DNA of 63,988 nt, the filler included, from Choristocarpus tenellus KU-1152 (Eukaryota > Protista > Phaeophyceae): NCBI GenBank assembly GCA_964200185.2. It is 8 parts of 8 records of this genome, joined end to end, with 100 filler letters (N's around TTAATTAATTAA, not from the genome) between each part and the next. Parts side by side here need not be neighbours in the genome. Positions count along the whole stretch, not along the records: positions 61,351 to 63,988 come from CAXNAD020026065.1; 7 more parts are not named here. One strand, given 5' to 3'. Position 1 is the first letter of the stretch; every line of letters starts with the position of its first letter. Of this stretch, positions 61,351 to 63,988 are shown in pieces. Under the pieces are notes generated by a model. That model ran no database searches and was not told the DNA's origin. It saw only the letters and a program-made list of their open reading frames with translations. The translations under genes and the position numbers were made by a program.

Positions 61351-61543
61351 TTCAAGAATCGAGGATGGAGCTTTTCATTGAGGATGGGCTTGACCCAAAA
61401 TTGACTGGGATAAAGTGTCGATATATATATATTTTTTAATGACAATACAAAAGAAAAAATATCGACTCTCTATCCCAGTCAATTTTGGGTCAAGCCCATC
61501 CTCAATGAAAAGCTCCATCCTCAATTTTTGAAATCGGTTGTTA
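61351..61543. mobile_element. Fold-back (hairpin) element with about 74-bp inverted arms; left end cut by the contig edge
   Basis: 61351-61424 is nearly the reverse complement of 61459-61532, with an AT-rich spacer. The terminus recurs at 18109. Confidence 0.85.
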
Positions 61544-61854
61544 GATCAATGACAGTCACGAAATAAATAATAATCAACCATAAATGTACAACTGTCATCT
61601 TCTACTGATAAGAAGAAATAGTGAAAGAAAAACAAACAAGAGAACAAAAGAACAAGAGAACAAAATTGAAACAATATGCGATGCAACTCAAGTGACGTGC
61701 ACTGTACTATACTCTTTGTGTGGAATGCAGAGCGAATGTTCTGTACTAAGGTGTTCTGATTGTAGTTGATGCGGTGATGACGAACTAGTGAAAGCAACGT
61801 CCAGAACGAAACGGCCCCAACAACTTACACTAGTGCTGTGACCCACAACCCTCG

Positions 61855-63911
61855 TTGTCGACAGGTTCCTCGGGCAGATTTTGTCCTTTACAACGAGAAT
61901 GTCAACGGCTCTGTATGGAGGTGGAATGTCACCGAGCGGGGGAAGCAACCCTCAACAGGTCCCCAGCTCGGTCGTTGACAAGTCCACCTACCGCAGCCAG
62001 TTCAACTAAAAGATCACCACGACCCCTGGACACGTCACACTACGCAGAGACACCATCAACACTCCAGTACACCGTTGATCAACACCAAAGTAGTGTGTGC
62101 CAGTACCCGGATTGTCAGGCGGCGACTCGTGAGGGTCATACAACCCAGTCGTGCATGGACAATCCAAAGGGTAATCGTAGGCAGCACCTGCATCGTAGAG
62201 GAAGGGGTTGTGGTGGTCAGGTTCGTGATGATAGACAATCAACACCAGGCCATAATGTCCCTCGTCCCTAGGGGGGCCCAGGTGGATTTGACTTCTGTCC
62301 ACTTGGGAATAGTAATGGTGTTGCTGACACTATCGTAGGGAGTGGCAAGCGTCGGAGGTTGACATCAGTCACACGTCTTGCTCCTCACGCATCGTTTATT
62401 GCTGCACGCGTGTCACGAAGTATTTTTCTTTGCCGTTAGTTCAACCAAACTCGTGTAAGAATAATGAAACTTGGTAAACTTGATTTAACAGTTCTTTGTG
62501 CAGATACCCATCTATCTCCAAACCTTTATCGCTTTCATCACAAAGGGATCGTTCGTGTATCTGGCACCGTTGAAGAACAAGAGGAAAATGACTTGACTAT
62601 TGACTCAGCTAGTGATGTACCATGTATTTCAGAAATATTTGTTCGCAATCACCCTCAACTGAAACGTTTTGATGTTCATCCTGTCTCACCTGGTGCAATA
62701 AAACTACGTACGGCAAACGATTCACCATTACATATCCGTGGATATATTCCTTTTGCACTTACACTTGATGACACCGCATTGTCAGTTGAAGCTTTAGCGA
62801 CTCCCCAACTTTGTCCCGATAAAATTCTGCTTGATAATAGTGTTATGTAGGCCTTTGGTGCAATCCTTGATTGGTAAGAACAACGTCTCTCGTTCCACAA
62901 CAGTTCGTGTACCATTTCGGCAAGACATCACAAGACAAGGAGCCCCACACAACAAATACGTGATACAAGTGCCACTCCTTCGTGCTCTGTAGTGAGTGTG
63001 CAACATGATTTTGGCCCTGTGTACCCGTTCGTGTACATAAACAATATAACATACCCACCTGGTCATGAAATCATCGTACATTGCACAACTGATGCTAGCC
63101 CGTCGCTTGATACTGCCATTGTAGCAGTGGAGCCAGTCATACATTCTATGCCTGCTGTAGATCAAACCAATTAACCTACGCACCAACGGAATCGTATCGT
63201 AGCTGCTCACACCCCCAGTACTTGGTCAGCAAGTAATAGATCAGTATTGGTTCAAATGGCAAACCCAACAGCACGAAAGGTCCGTATCAAGAAGCATCTT
63301 GTGATAGGTCACTTAACCCCAATTTCTGATCAGATACCAATCACTGTTAGTGCTCTAAATACTGATTCTGCACCGTTCAGTAAAGGTAGAGAGGAGTTAC
63401 ATCAAGCCTTCAGTAAGACAAATGCATTCAAGTATACCACGTTCAATCCATTACAAGTGTCTCAACTTTTAGACCTCTGTGCTCGCTATAGATAATTAGA
63501 AATTTCGTTAAATGCATCAGAAATTTTGTTAAATGCATCAGAAATTTCGTTAAATGCAGCAGCAGAACTAGGCAGATTACTCTAGCTGAGGCAGAAATTC
63601 CTATAGATCCCGGTACCAAACCTGTTGATAGGAACCCATACTTTGGGATATCAAGTGCTCCCTGGCAATTTCAAAGAATCGTGTCCTTCGCCTTTGCAAT
63701 TTTTGGTCCACTGAGCGGTTTGCTAGTTTACATGAGTGATCTGATTACTTGTTCTCCCACATGGGAAGGACATCTACACTTACTAGAACAGCAATTCCAA
63801 GCTTTGCAAGCAGCAGGTTTAACTTTGCAACCGTCAAAGATCCAATTTGGACCTAAAGAAGTATGCTATCTGAGTCACATTTTATCGTCTGAAGGGATTT
63901 GTGCAGAATAA
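61855..63911 (+). mobile_element. Degenerate Ty3/Gypsy element related to the 56950-60840 copy (gag zinc knuckle, protease, partly deleted RT)
   Basis: CQYPDC..GHTTQSC knuckle-like motif; LTIDSASDVPCISE..LLDNSVM protease; FGISSAPWQFQR, LVYMSDLI, LTLQPSKIQFGPKEVCYLSH RT. Stops and an internal deletion. Confidence 0.88.
63499..63561. repeat. 21-bp tandem repeat x3 (GAAATTTCGTTAAATGCATCA)
   Basis: Read directly; lies inside the Gypsy remnant. Confidence 0.85.
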
Positions 63912-63988
63912 GACGTTTTAGGTTTGAGAGTTCCAGCAACCCTTCATTGCCTGCACTCTCATGAGGGAGTGTGCGAAATAGTACAATA

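Noticed and set aside
1-63988. tRNA, rRNA, operons or prokaryotic defence systems
   Set aside because: None recognised; most short ORFs in the supplied track are intronic or spurious.

Overview
Eukaryotic genomic DNA, not prokaryotic. The window is eight apparently unrelated contigs joined by seven artificial 100-bp spacers (N44-TTAATTAATTAA-N44). Intron-dense genes, a flagellar outer-arm dynein and (TTAGGG)n tracts suggest a flagellated stramenopile, plausibly a brown alga or relative (inference). Genes: (1) a 5-exon gene encoding a REV1-type BRCT domain with no visible polymerase; (2) a low-confidence minus-strand multi-exon gene that appears to carry an intronless antisense RING-finger/Pro-repeat ORF in one intron; (3) 29 consecutive exons (about 1310 aa, AAA2 to stalk) of an axonemal outer-arm dynein heavy chain; (4) an unknown MITE-disrupted pseudogene; (5) a membrane mucin-like protein with two GGLGC...CRFCG Cys modules; (6) an array of exactly 84-bp phase-1 exons, each encoding one GGA..FxxN beta-helix repeat. 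The array has co-duplicated introns, one chimeric exon and possibly one inverted exon, and is the best candidate here for an exon-shuffling diversification system. Mobile DNA: degenerate Ty3/Gypsy, Ty1/Copia and non-LTR retroelements, plus several MITE families (GAG..CTC termini with 4-bp TSDs, Stowaway-like, fold-back). All calls were made by eye, without database searches.
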